A stretch of 64,000 bases of DNA from Phoronis australis (lineage: Eukaryota; Animalia; Phoronida): the NCBI GenBank assembly GCA_002633005.1, contig NMRA01000111.1:400866-464865 (forward strand). The letters run 5' to 3'. Made by a program: the position numbers and the translations under genes. Positions 13,040-26,039 of the stretch are shown piece by piece; within the stretch, counting starts at the first letter, position 1; each line of letters starts with the position of its first letter. Below the pieces are notes generated by a model. It ran no database searches and was not told the origin of the DNA. It saw only the letters and a list, made by a program, of their open reading frames with translations.

Positions 13040-14330
13040 ACCCCATGTTCTACAAGGTCAAAGAACTCCACAACATCTTCCAACGCAAGCGCATAGTCAC
13101 GCTGCGATACATGATGTCATTCATTGGCCTCCTCAACTTTTCCTGCTATGTAACCCTAAACAAGGAGGCTCGCGTCGACAACCGCTCCTGGCTAATCTTC
13201 CTACACCACTTCATCGGCAAACCCCCTTCTCTTCGACAAGTGGGTTTATAATTCATCCATCAGCCTCTGCACTGACGCAGCTGCCATACATAGCGGTTTT
13301 GCTGCAACCATAGGTTTTCGGTGTTCTCGGGCCGCTGGCTGCCGTCTACATCTGACCCCCACATCACCTTTAAGGAACTCTTTCCAACTGACCTCTCCAC
13401 TGAGATCTGGGGTCACGCCTCCTCTTCATGTGCTACAATTCCGTCGTATTTGAGATCAGCTAAAAGTATTCGTCAGTGAACAAAGAAATGTTGAGCCTCG
13501 TCTGCCGTCTTGTTAACACCTTCCCGCGACTCAACATTTTCGCTCGTGCTAAGCACGTTCCAGGATCATCCGACTTCGTCTTGTTTCCAATTTCAGGATG
13601 CCTTCTTCATAGCTCTCTGGCTGAACCGGATTCCAAAGCCCATACTTCAGGCAGTCCTCTCATTCTAGACTATATCTGCTCCGTATCATTCTACCGCATC
13701 GTTCACATTGTCACCTTTTCCAGTCCCTCAACCCGCCTCCCCGTCTCTATTGACACTTTGTCTTCTTACATCGCCCATCTTTACCCTCTGGTTTTACGTC
13801 CAGCACATACTCCTACATATCGGTATCATCTTTGTTCATCAGCTTGGTTCCCTCTCCGACCCTGGCTCTTCATGTTGACACATATAACATCCTTACCTCC
13901 CTTATCGACTCTATGCCTCCTTCGTCCATTCACTCCACTCATTCGCACCACACATCAACCTTATTTACCCTTCATATTTTTTCCTCTCTGCCTTCCTATC
14001 TTAACTTATTCAGCCATTTCTGTGGACCCCATTCGGCCTTGCTGACTCTTCGCCAGTCACATGTTCCTTCTTCACCCAAACTCTTAGTTCTGTCATCTTA
14101 TCTGACTCTCTCTACCCTCGCACTACAAGTTTCAGTTTCCGCATCGGTGCCGCCACTTGCGCCGCTGCTCTTGGCATACTGGAACCTGTCAACCAGCGCA
14201 TGGGCCGCTGAAAGTCCGACACAGTCAGAAGCTACATGCACATGCCAGTTTCCTCCCGCCTTACTACTAGCAGTTACCATTTATTGTAATCTCCATTCAG
14301 CCTTTCCCTAATCACTCCTTCATCATGTCT
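13040..14330 (+). mobile_element. Decayed DIRS/Ngaro-type tyrosine-recombinase retrotransposon
   Basis: RT/RNase H remnants (IGLLNFSC, TDAA, HITFKELFP, ARAKHVPG) followed by recombinase C-terminus SFRIGAATCAAALG...MGR*KSDTVRSY near 14135-14240. Confidence 0.8.
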
Positions 14331-15546
14331 ATGCATTCCTTGTAATGGTACTCGCCAACATGGGTGACGTTGTATCGCCTACTTCGGTCTCCTTTTCATC
14401 TCTGGTAACAAGCGTGCGACGCACGTATTACTCGGGACATATGTCAATCATAAAAATCATTGTTATTGTATTTCCAAATGCCTTCTTTCACATAATTTTG
14501 CTTTTTGGATAACCATAAAAGGATACGAAACTACATACACAGTTTTCATCCTGAGTGACGTTCTGGGCAACGGGAATGGTGATCATATCCAACAGTTGCT
14601 CTAAAGTCTTTTTGTCTGGATTGAAACTCAAGTTATGGCCGTGGTTGAAAGTACTTGCTGCTTATGCTCAGCTAATTCCACCGGTTTACCATGTATGTGA
14701 GATGTGTAGCATAATCTCTTAGAAATATATATTGGATTCGGGGCAAGATTCAACGGCGTTAACGTTATATAGGACCCTTAAAATGTCCAATTCGTCTCAT
14801 TTCAGAACATCATATCCCAAAAATAGACGATCGTATTCATAATGAAAACTTATATACCATGTTTAATACACTATTCTCCAAAATGATTTTAGCTTATACA
14901 TTTCGAAAAAAATCTCATCAAAATTTTTAGAAATTTTATCAAGCCTTCGGAAAAAAATTGACAAGATTTTCAAAAGCATTGGCAAAAGTTAACTCTTGAA
15001 GAGTTATTCGTGATGTTTAAGATGGTACAAGGTCTGGATTTTTCGCCGCTTTCACATTTCAAACGTACATGTAGCTTTGACATTTTCTTTCGATAAAAAA
15101 TAACTCTTGCTGGCACTTCACTGCATACTATAGTGAACCCAACAATGTTCAGTACTGTACAGTTTGATTTTAAAGGCGAAGGCATCCTTTTTTCATGTCA
15201 TTTTGAGCTAAAATAAGGTTGGTTGGTTATCCTAGACATATTTTCCACTTAATTAAAAGCTTTTCGTAACTTTATTAATTACTCGTCCGCTACTCCGGCA
15301 GTGACGTTTTAGGAGGCAAGCGTTTCCCGCCACTTGGTTTGCGTTGAGTTTACCGTGCGAATCTGTTCTGTTCTACTTTTGTTTTGTGCTGTTTTTCAAC
15401 AATTGTCGCCACCACTTTCCATCGGCGAGTATTCTGCGGCAACATAGGTTAGTAGAGAACTCAACTACGTTGGATTTAGGGATTGTTTAGAGTGTTGTAA
15501 GCTGAAATTTGCTGGACTCGGTGACCCGTATCACAGTAACAGTAGT

Positions 15547-15819
15547 GTGAGTGACGGAGACCTTGTTCACAGCAGTGTTGACGAAGATTTTTTTCACAGA
15601 CATTCAGTGGGTGGGTACATGTTTGAGCCCGAGTATAACGAGGCAGAGTACGCACAGGCACAGGCAGCTGTTGACAAAAACGAGGCGGCTACTGAGGACA
15701 GACGTGGTGACACATCTTGGTGCAAATGCACTGTGTGCGTTGTTATGCTTACCTCAATGGAATGCTTGTGCTGTTCAGAGTTCGACGAGGCCAAGCCACT
15801 ACCGGACACGGTTAAGTAG
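15547..15819 (+). pseudogene. N-terminal fragment of Kolobok KolX-like protein (P2X7 intracellular-domain-like Cys cluster)
   Basis: YMFEPEY...RRGDTSWCKCTVCVVMLTSMECLCCSE; truncated. Confidence 0.75.
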
Positions 15820-16152
15820 ACCTCCGGCATACCACGGACAGAGGAACAACTGTCCCACTTGCCAGAGTGTCCCGCGACACATTCCCACTGGATGGCGACC
15901 TGAGCACCCAAACTGCTTACATCGTGTCGTGTGACTCCCTCGCCACACACCTGGCACCTTCTAAATAGCTACAGCACTTTAGACAAGTCCACAATAAACT
16001 TATCAAAGTTTGGCTCACCGATCTGTTCACTGGACGACGAACTGTCCTCTTCACAGGGTGTCGAACTGGGCCTGTAATCACTCCCACTACTCAATATCGC
16101 TGCAGGGCTGCTTAGAGGCTCTGGGCTGGAGAAAACAGCACAGGGCGAATCA

Positions 16153-16605
16153 CTACTGGTTCCAGGAATGGCACGTTTTGGGGTACCGGCGTTCGGAGGC
16201 ACGGGTGACAGTAGATGAAGTGCCTCCACTGGCTCCAGTCACTGTACTGGCCACAGCTCGCGAGGCTTCTCGCTTCAAAAACGCACATCTCTGGGGTGGC
16301 GACGGGGCACTGCCGGGAATCAACACGGACGGAATGGCATCCTGCTTCAGGCGTTGTTTCGCAGGGACCTTCATCAGTTCAGCGTACAAATCCCTTTCGT
16401 AATCGGACGGCAGAAAGTGTTTGCCACACACACGGTAATTCTCGACTGCTTTGTACGTTGCGTGGACGGGTAACGCTGCGCTCTTCACACGAACGAACCA
16501 AGTACGGCGAAGTGTGTCATTCATCGGAAAGCGATGCAAAGGTACTCCCAAAGAGCGCGTGAGACGATAATTAGTACATCCCGGTACGCAGCAACAGTGT
16601 GGCAT
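16153..16605 (-). CDS. THAP zinc-finger ORF (transposase N-terminus, no DDE domain)
   Basis: MPHCCCVPGC...LHRFP...W...VCGKHF...LKQDAIPSV: C2CH THAP signature with AVPTIF-like box. Confidence 0.8.
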   Translation of the reverse strand: MPHCCCVPGCTNYRLTRSLGVPLHRFPMNDTLRRTWFVRVKSAALPVHATYKAVENYRVCGKHFLPSDYERDLYAELMKVPAKQRLKQDAIPSVLIPGSAPSPPQRCAFLKREASRAVASTVTGASGGTSSTVTRASERRYPKTCHSWNQ

Positions 16606-17574
16606 GTTGACTGAATAGTAAATGAAAGCAAACGACGATGGAACTTAACACAACCGAGGTAGAACAATGACTGAGTCGGCAGCTCTCACAGTCAGACTAT
16701 ATGAAAAGAAATTGGCGCGAAATGCTTGCCTCCTAAAACGTCATTTCCGGAGTAGCGGACGAGTAATTAACAAAATTAAGAAAAGCTGTAATTAAGTGGA
16801 AAATATGTTTAGGATAACCAACCAACCTTATTTTAGCTCAAAATGACATGAAAAAAGGTTGCCTTCGCCTTTAACAACGTTTTTATATGGCTAGGAGAAT
16901 AAACATAGTTTTATTGTGCCTTCAACGCGATGAATGTCTCTAATCTGAAGTTGCTCTCTTACAAGATCCTGCAATACATTGTTTCAATCACTGGAAGGTT
17001 GTTGAGTCCATCGATACAAGATCAATCAAATCCTTCATTTTACGGTATCAGAGTCAAATTCGAATAGAATGCTTTATCCCATGTATGTGAAAATACGCTT
17101 TTTGCATACATGCATACATATGTGTTAACCCATATTCATAGGATTACTACTGCCATGTCGTATCGAGAATTCATTTCGTCTGGGAATGTCCCAACTAAAC
17201 CGAATGACGAGAAGCGACAATCCCGGCGAAATAAATTCTCGATATGATATAGCAGTAGTATTCCCATTTATGTAGGATAACCTGTTGATCCCATTTATAT
17301 GGACCTTTTGGGTTCGCAATATTGTTGCTGTGTGATCCGGCTTGTTGTTACATGACGTCATATCTATGCCAAGCCGGTTAAGCGACAAGACAATCTGTGA
17401 AAGTGTTGAATAACCAGTAAAGTTTTATTTCATAATAAAATGATACGAATTTTTAGTTTCTGAAAAATACAATTTACAGCACTGAATCATTCAATAATAT
17501 TAGATGTTTGTCGGAAAGTTAGAAAAAATCCATCCGGGAATATAATAATTGAAACTTTCCCTGAACAGTTATGC

Positions 17575-18322
17575 TACAGTGCTTCGTTTTAACTTCGATG
17601 AATTTCTTAGTTTTCTAGGTCTATGTTCGTGCCTTAGCTTCTGGTTTGTAAATAGTAATAGAAACATTCCCCGTGTTGATCACAGCATTGGAAAATAACG
17701 GTGGAAACTGTGCTGATTTGCAGAACTTGAGGTAAAGCCTGTATCTCTTTTACGCTATGACTGGCAGCGACGGAGAGTTGAACGCTGCGAGCTGATAATT
17801 GTGTCAACAAAAAACACATACTCGATATTAGGGCGCATTTTCCTGTAAAGACCGTAGCTCTCGGTGTAGATATATTGTAGCCTATGCATCCACAAAAAGG
17901 ATTTCTTTGGGTTTGAATTTCATGTAGAATTTTGGCTGATTTTGCTAGCCGGGGACGCTCTTTAGCTTGACCTAAAAATCTAATTCAAATACAACGAAAA
18001 TGCTTGCTCATGGATGCATACAGTATATAGAGGACTAAGGTGTTTTCAGAAAACTGCGACCTAATATCGAGTATGTGTTTTAGTGACACAATCGTCTGCT
18101 CGCAGCTTACCTCATCTCTCCATGCTGGTAGCGTAAAATCTTTTTTTTACGATACAGTCCTTACATCAAGTTTTGCAAATCAGCACAGATTCCACCATTT
18201 TTTCCAGTTTGAAGATCAAGGCGAGGAAATGTTTCTATTACTATTAACAGTCCAGAAGCTAACACACGACAATAGACCAAGAAAACCATGAAATTCATTG
18301 AAGCCAAAATGACGCACCTTCA
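17575..18322. mobile_element. Foldback/MITE-like element with ~270-bp diverged inverted arms
   Basis: About 17590-17845 is the reverse complement of about 18048-18305 (e.g. aaaacacatactcgatattagg / cctaatatcgagtatgtgtttt); ends approximate. Confidence 0.7.
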
Positions 18323-18391
18323 GTGTGGTCGAGACATTTCCAGTTAAGATTAATTCGGGATAGGTTATGTCAGTAATCTTCCTATGTATGT

Positions 18392-18536
18392 CACGGGCGG
18401 CACAGCACTAAAAAAAGTGGAGGCTATATCTCCCAGCCCCCCTGTGGTGCAACGCCCGTGGCCCATGGGCGGCGCAGCACTGAAAAAAGTGGAGGGCTAT
18501 AGCTCTCCAGCTCACTATAATGGTGCACCGCCCATG
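18392..18536. repeat. Two tandem ~70-bp mini-elements with CAYGGGCG terminal inverted repeats
   Basis: cacgggcg...cgcccgtg then catgggcgg...ccgcccatg, sharing an internal cagcact.aaaaaagtggagg. Confidence 0.65.
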
Positions 18537-19630
18537 TATGTGGGTTAACCTATATTTAATTTTCGACTTGTTTCGCTGTCCAGGGTGAGAACTGTTGGCG
18601 GGCGCTAGAGCAGCAAAACGCCAGATGTTTTTTGACAAAACGTCCATAGCATTTTCACTAATCTGATGAAATGACATTTAAGAAACGAGGAGGGTGGTTA
18701 GGAGGCCCTAAACAGTAAACATGATTTTGGTTACCATTAGGGTATAATTTGAGCTATGTTGGAAGTAGGTGGTGGTGATATTGCTACTTGTACGTGTACA
18801 TATTGTGGGATATGTAGACTTATGAAACTAAAAGTAGCTTCACCGAATATTTATTTTGTCTTTCACTGTTTGCCAAGTTCCATTTTCGTTGTTCTCTCGA
18901 GCTAGTTATTGAGTTTGTATTTTGTTGAAGAACTTCTAAAGTAAAACGAAATACATTACCAGTTTCTTATGATTTTTAGTATTCTGCTTTAAGGTTTTAA
19001 CAACCGCGCTGTATAATTCCACTTTCAGGTAACGACAGATAGCTACATGTGCCCCCTAGTGTAAACAAAATCTCTGCCCCACAAATTTGAAATCTACTAG
19101 AATGAAAATGAATAATGGCAAGCGCAGTGTTCGTTTGGGTGTCTGTCATAATCACTTCACCCAGGAATTAAAAATTGACCAGTTTCAATACGCTACAATC
19201 AGCATACTGTGCATTCCCATGTAATGAAGTCGTTCATTTTTATGTATTCGATGAGAAGGCCATGCCATTGCCAAATTTCGCGGAAAAACATTTCAAGTAA
19301 AATACATGTTTGTCATTTTGTGATACATTTTTTATCATTCATTTTATGGCACGGTTTAGTCTGTCAACAATTTAATAATTTTGATGGTACACATTATGAG
19401 TGTTAGGGGGAAAACACAAGAAAAATTGGTTTACGCTATATTCGAATGCAAGCCCGTGGCCATTTATCGGTGATGTTTGCATTTTACAGTGTTCCTAGAA
19501 AATGCGTGTACTACTATAGCGTGCTGTGGTATATATTAGTTTAATATATTTGTATTTAACAGGGGGTAATGGGGCCTGGGATACGTGTCCTCTTTCTGTA
19601 CTCGAAGTTGTATCATTCATTGAAACTGAC

Positions 19631-19774
19631 CTGAGATATTCACGGTAGTAGTCCTTCCCGAGGTGCAAAAACCACACGAGAGCGCACAGTTGTCTTTCAA
19701 CCACGAATCATTGTTTCCAGTGCAGCCTGATTCCCTATACCTGCCACAGTTTGAAGCTTTGTCTTCACATGTTT
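19631..19774 (-). CDS. ShKT exon 4 with fused linker: (E)TCEDKASNCGRYRESGCTGNNDSWLKDNCALSCGFCTSGRTTTVNIS
   Basis: tgacag| and CAG|gtcagt; 144 nt, phase 1-1; six Cys. Confidence 0.9.
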
Positions 19775-19970
19775 CTGTCAATGCGTAAAAGGTGACTGTA
19801 TGGGTATGAGATGGACAAAGAATGGAGGAGTGCCATGTCTTGGCGGTGTACGATTTCTCATTAGCCAAAAACAAAGGAATTTTTGCTTGCGCAATATTGA
19901 AGAGTACAACTTCCCTATGAAACCGACGGCAGGTTATTACTCTGGGTTTTCTTCAATTTTATTCTTATTC

Positions 19971-21240
19971 TTATTACTCTGCGCGTGCAAGCGCAGAGTA
20001 CTGTTGTTCCTGGGTTTTCTTCAATTTTATTCTTATTATTATTCTTTTTCTTCTTCTTCTTCTTCTTATTCTTCTTCCGACCAACTTTGAGGCTTAATAA
20101 CTCCAAAATGGGTGCAGGTATGTTTTATAAATTCTGCATGTGACTTTTGGCAGTACATAAATTTGGATTCGTAAAATAAACATATTCCATATTGCACCGG
20201 AAGAGGTCATTTGGTGCAAAGGTCATGTAATTTTCAAAATGCTACTATTTCTTCATTTTTAAAGCTATTCTTTTCAAATTCGGTGCACAGGTATAAGTCA
20301 ATAAGGCAATTAAAAAAAACTTTTCTAAGTAATCGGGTCATCCAATCAGGTTAAATAGGTCAAAGGTCATTAGGTGCAAACTAAAATTTTGAGCTGGACA
20401 CTTCAAATTCACAAGTCTGATTGGCACAGGTAATACAATTTGGAATCCAAAGTTTCAGGTCATTTAGTGCAAACATGGGGTCATTAGGTGCATTTTTCTT
20501 CTGAAAATTTGACATTTTCATTATCCAAGTATACTGATGTGTCAACCGTTAGACAACTGTGATTCACAGCATTAAACACATTTTTCATGGGCTTTGCAAT
20601 AATTCTCCTAAAGACGCTTATAACACACCGGATAGGGTCAATTAGTGCAAAGCTCATCTAACGTTCAAAATGTTATATGTCTTACGTTTTTCAAGGAATT
20701 CTTTTCAATTTCAGCACACTAGTGTAAGTCAACATGCCAATTGAACAACCTACTTAACTACGCATAAGGCTTAACCAATCAGGAAAAATAGGTCAAAGGT
20801 CATTGAGTGCAAAATTAAAATTTTGAGCTAGAGACTTCAAAATTACATATCTGTTTACTGGATGAGATTGAGTTTGATTTCTAAATTTTCAGGTCATTTG
20901 GTTCACTAATGGGGTCATTAGGTGCATTTTCCTTATGAAAGTTTGACCAATCCATTCATGTTGCATTCTTAAGTGCTTAAATTAAAACATCTGTGATTCT
21001 TAGCATCAACCCCACTTTTAATTAAGTTTAGAATTTTTCCCTCATCTGGGCTCATAATGCTCCGGAAGAGGTCAGTTAGTGGAAATGTCATCAAGTATTA
21101 ACATGAAATTTCTCTTACAATTTTAAAGAATTCCTTTTCATATTGGTAAACGGGTTGCTGTCAGTAACTTTCCATAACAATTCCTTTAATACGCACGCGC
21201 AGAGTCCATTATTGTCACGCCGTGACAATAATCTTTCTAG
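19971..21240 (+). mobile_element. Non-autonomous Helentron (HINE-type) element with internal ~433-bp tandem repeat
   Basis: 13-bp subterminal IR actctgcgcgtgc / gcacgcgcagagt, 5' hairpin, (TTA/TTC)n microsatellite near 20030-20077, about two tandem units, 3' hairpin attattgtcacg-c-cgtgacaataat, then ctag and a T run. Confidence 0.8.
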
Positions 21241-21738
21241 TTTTGGATATATTATTTTCTGTTTACACGCATCTGTGAAGAACTGCACCACTGACTGATA
21301 TACTGATAATGAAGACATTGTTCATCTACACCTACTTGCACCGCTTCTGTGGACCGCTATCTCACAATCATTTGTGTATTTGTAGTCTCACCCTACCCGT
21401 AATCAGACCACGTTTACGCATGCATCCGAAATTACGCTAATTCTTACATTTTTCTCTACTTGTATCGCATTCTAAAAGTCCACAGTGAAAATACGTGATT
21501 ATTCTTTGTAGGTTTACTTCTGAATTGAATGCTTTGCAACGTCTATTTTCCTATACCAATATTTCTTCACTTCTAAGCAGTTGGCTTCTTTGAGTCAATC
21601 ACTTTTCGATAGACACGTAAGCATGTAAATCAGGCTGTAAGAAGAAAATAACCGTGGCATGTTCATCCTTCGTATGGTAACACAATCTAAATACTAATCA
21701 CAACGATTATCTTGAGTTTAAGCCCAGTGGTAGCCTAC

Positions 21739-21955
21739 AGCCGATTTCATAAAGGTGGTTTAACAAAACCAGGTTTAAGACTTACTCTTCATGAACCAGG
21801 TCTAATTTTAGATCTAACTTGCAATTCACTAAAGTGGTTTAAAAGTCCGAAGGACTAGTTTTGTTAGACCAAGGAGCAGGTTTAGTAAAACCAGGTTTCA
21901 AGTATCCAAACCACCCTACTGCGTCGATCTGGATTAACCCAACAAAGAAACGAAG
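21739..21955. mobile_element. Solo terminus of a Harbinger-like element related to 57274-58615
   Basis: agccgatttcataaaggtggtttaacaaaacc... aligns by eye to the reverse complement of about 58400-58615. Confidence 0.7.
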
Positions 21956-23145
21956 TCAGTCAATGTGACGTCACAGGAAGTAGGGCAAAACCCGCCATAT
22001 TGCCCTTGTTTTGCCCTGAGTCTTTGCTATACACGCTAAATCTTACTGGAGTTCTTATGGAGAAATTTACGCTTAAAACGTTAATGCAACTTAATAGATG
22101 GTAGAAGGATTGTTGAATAACTGTGAATGGAGGAAGAGAAGGTGAACTCGCTATGCTGTGTGAAGCTGTGAACGGACTGATATTGGAATTCGACCCGGTG
22201 ATTGGCCTGAATGGCGCAGGTATACAGGGGCAATAGTAATCCCCATAAAAGCTACTCATTTAAAAAAAGAAAATAGAATCAAATGAAACATACTTATGTG
22301 CACATTGAGTTATAATGTACACATTCCATGACTCTGGATACAATTTAGTCAACAAATACATCCATGAAAACATCGCGTTTCGATAGAGTTTGTCTAACTG
22401 GGCGCCATTTTGAGGAAGTTACGTGAAATCATGCCTGTTGATGAACAAAAAGTCCAAGGGACACAAATCTTGCAAATTCTACTTGATGTATTCCCATGCT
22501 ATTTTGCAATTGTCACGCGCCAGGTCACGCGCTTCGCTCAATCCCGCGCTAGCCTTTGCCTCATACTCACCTGACTCATTTGAAATACTTTGTGGTTATC
22601 GCGTGCGCGGTGAAAAAGTTATCAGTAACTAAAAAAGTGGAGTTGGAATTCTTCGCCGAAAGTGACCTGAGTTCTCACAACTGTGCTTCATCGAAGATAT
22701 GTTTAGAAGCAGAAAGGATCACTGAAAGACATAAGCACCTTTTTAAGTGATAGTTTTAAGGGTAGAAGTATTTTTGACGAGGTGAAAACTTTATCAGTGA
22801 GCAGATTTCGTTTACCGCCCGTTTAAAATACACGGTACGCGATGGAACGCAATGTAGTGCGAATCTGAATTACATTTGCCATAAGGGCAACACTTGTTTG
22901 GCATTTTCCACACTAAATGATTAAAAACTCGAAGTAAACTGAATAAAATACACTTTGCTACCGTATCGGACAAATGGCCAACAGACAAGCTTTTGCCCTT
23001 CTTCAGGTGACGTCACAGTTGAGCCTCACATAATCTCGCGTTATTGTTATTAACTCGCTGAAGGACTATTGTTGACTTGCCTAACCGAACTGAATATTGA
23101 AAATAGTCAATTCTGGCTCTAAAACTGCGTCGTAAGTGCACTTAC

Positions 23146-23262
23146 CGCCTGAAGGACAAAATCCACAGAATTTGGCGCAATACTCCCGCGCCCACAGCTC
23201 GTAGGTCCCGTTGCAAATCCCTGCGCCGTAATAATCGCATCTTTCAAACTTGTTTTCACAGT
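23146..23262 (-). CDS. ShKT exon 3: (D)CENKFERCDYYGAGICNGTYELWAREYCAKFCGFCPSG
   Basis: aaaacag| and |gtaagt; 117 nt, phase 1-1; six Cys. Confidence 0.9.
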
Positions 23263-23676
23263 CTGTTTTGAAATGCAGAATGCAACTTAAACGCACAAGA
23301 CAAGACAAACAGTTATAATTGTTCACAAACAGGAGCTAAAAAACTCCCTTTTAGCCAATGAACCATGTCTCTTGGTGGTTTTGTCCCTAGGCCTGGCGTG
23401 CGTTCAGTAGACGCTAGGACCTACGCTAGGACTTAGCTAAAATCTAGTCAAAGTCACGTGCTCTCATTTGAAATACACGGCAATATCTCACGTAATCTCG
23501 TGAAGTCTTGCTTTTAAGCGAGGTCCTAGCGTTACTGAACGGGAGGCTGAACAACCATGTTCTTAGGCCGATCAGGTGTTCGTGAACGTAAGTCAGCTAG
23601 GCTGATGATATATGTGGTGCGCTTGGTTATCAGTCTGGAAACCTTATACGAATGATATACCGACATGTAGAACTCT

Positions 23677-23861
23677 CAATTGATCTATCGCAAGCTCTGC
23701 TCTATTGCGAAATGTCGACAAACAAACAAACAACGAATTTTACATGGCAACGTGTTGTTTGTTGGGTAAAATGGCGGCTTGAAAACGAAGGTGCGTCAAG
23801 AATACTGCCTTCTGATTGGTCACTTAAGCCGTCACTCGAAGTCATGGCGATAGGTCAATTG
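23677..23861. mobile_element. ~185-bp MITE, copy 1
   Basis: TIR caattga.ctatcgc...gcgataggtcaattg; second copy at 55650-55828. Confidence 0.75.
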
Positions 23862-24554
23862 CTATTCCATCATTCAGTACCTGGTACCCCAATCTGCACA
23901 CTTGACACTAGTACTGGCAAATTGAGTTGGGTTGCAAGCTCCATTCTATTTATTCAATACGGTCTCACGTTTCACTAAGTTCAGTCCCTTGTATTAAGAT
24001 TGCCTGCGTACACCCAGTACGAGATAAACTGTCAACTGAATTACTCTATTCACTAACGGAGATTCGCCATCCTCTCATCATCCAGTAAGTCTATAGACCA
24101 TCTGGGCTCGTTACCTTCTACTGGGTGAATGTACTCACTTATCCATCACTGAATGGTTAGTGTAAATTGTTTTACTATTTATTAAATACGCATAGACTTG
24201 ACTTGTAACTTCTGTCTGACAAAATTTCGAATCAAAATGCTTCATCTACATGTATGTATTTCGGTATGTATTTTTTCTAAATTTCTTTATACTTTTTGTG
24301 TGCTTATTTTAATACCCATTTCTTGTGTTCTTTTTCATTCGCGCTATTTTATTGATCTTATATGACGACCAACACCCTAGGACCAATAAAAATACCGTTT
24401 TCGGATAGCGCAGCTCTTGATACTACTCTTCTATTATCTTCTTACGGAGGTGAAAATACACTTGATTTCTGTCGCTTGCGGTATCGAAGCTCCAATTACC
24501 AACTCCCGTATTTTTGTACAGAAGGAATAAAACATTTTCTTGAATTAAAGAATA

Positions 24555-25300
24555 AAGTCTAACCGTGTTAAGTGTGAACATTCAGTCACTAAATGCAAAA
24601 TTCCCTCAATTCGAGTCATTCCTATAGAGCATGCACTCCAAAGAATTATTTTTCAACGTCATCTTAATACAAGAATCATCAGGTTTTCAAATTGAAGGCT
24701 ACAACCTGTATTACAAGCCTGCGTGTTGGGCTGTATTTAAGACACTGTGTCCTTGTCACTTACGTGAATGATAACCTTGCTCTCAAAACAGTTCAAGCTC
24801 TTATGCGTTCTAATGCCAACTCATTTTTATCACTATTAATAATAAAATCATTTGTGTCAAAACTTTTACAGACCGCCGTTTCGCGTGTAGAATTTTGACA
24901 CGTTTCTTGAGTTCTGTCCCCTACCGGAAACTTTCCAAACCGCTGCAAAACACTCTGTAGGTGGAGATTACGACTTAAATCTTCTAGACTTACACACAAA
25001 CAATAAATTTCGATAATTTCTGTATTTTATGACTAGTGCCAAATTCAGACATTCCATTACATACCCTTCACGTGTTAGCTCTCCCTCAGCAACTCTAATA
25101 GATAACTTCTTTACATCAACAACATACAGAAGCATTCAAACACACCCTGGTATTCTGCCGTCTCAAAGTTCAGACCATTGTGCTATCTTCATTACTTTAA
25201 AACACTCGTCTGACACTTTCTGTTTACGAACAAAGCACACAGTTTCATCAAAAACGACTGAGGGGAACGTGTGTTTTAATGTACCTTCATTAACTTGCAC
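24555..25300 (+). mobile_element. Decayed LINE (CR1/L2-like) apurinic endonuclease fragment
   Basis: SVNIQSLNAK and ITYPSRVSSPSATLIDNFF...SDHCAIF motifs with frameshifts. Confidence 0.65.
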
Positions 25301-25920
25301 ACTGAACCATCCGCGCAGCACTCTTTTTTTGTTTCTCTGGCGTACAAAATGAAATTTTTAATAGTATATGTACTCAAACTCAATACCATATTATGGCAAG
25401 GCATGGATCGTGACCGTGTTTTTAAAAATTTCAAATTTATACTTTTTACATGGTTAACGTTATTTTACTTATATCCTAAATTTTCAGAACAACGAAGGGT
25501 CTACAGGAACCTCTTTTCTGTTATTTGAAACCCTTCGACGTATTGTAACAACATTGATATTTTATCATAAAGATAATCCAATGTAATTGTAAACGTAACT
25601 TACGTTAATTTAATTGAGAGAGGGTGTGTTCGAATGAGTGTATGAAAGTCCGTCCCCATACCCTTCCCCCCTTTAATAACGTCACGTTAATTCAATGCCC
25701 CATGACTATAAGTGATTTCCAAATACATGTAAAAACTTAATAATAAATCACAAATTTTTAAGGATTTGATGAACGACTTCAAACGTCAACCAAAATTTCC
25801 AATAATGGTGGCCATTAATTGCGCAAGTTATAGAAATTGATCACGCTACAGCCTACAAAACAGATACCACTAAATTCACTGACCATGAAAATCATGGGTG
25901 GGAATATTAACAAACCTTAC

Positions 25921-25941
25921 CTGAGATATTTGATTCCGAAA
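25921..25941 (-). CDS. 21-nt linker micro-exon, (V)SESNIS
   Basis: ttgtgattgcag|TTTCGGAATCAAATATCTCAG|gtaagg; phase 1-1; same last 10 nt as ShKT exon 4. Confidence 0.7.
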
Positions 25942-26039
25942 CTGCAATCACAAGAGTATTTAATTACGTTACTTGGACAGAACCGAGTATCTCCCAGCTA
26001 CATAACAAGCACTAGTAGTTGACGCTGACGTATTTCAGA

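Larger units (their letters stand above)
15174..16870. mobile_element. Kolobok-type DNA transposon, internal-deletion derivative
   Basis: TTAA on both sides, AG...CT termini, ~160-bp TIRs (aggcgaaggca.cctttttt...); convergent THAP and KolX-like ORF fragments. Confidence 0.9.

Noticed and set aside
13476-14311. Two long overlapping plus-strand ORFs (189 and 159 aa)
   Set aside because: C/T-rich off-frame readings of the decayed DIRS/Ngaro element.
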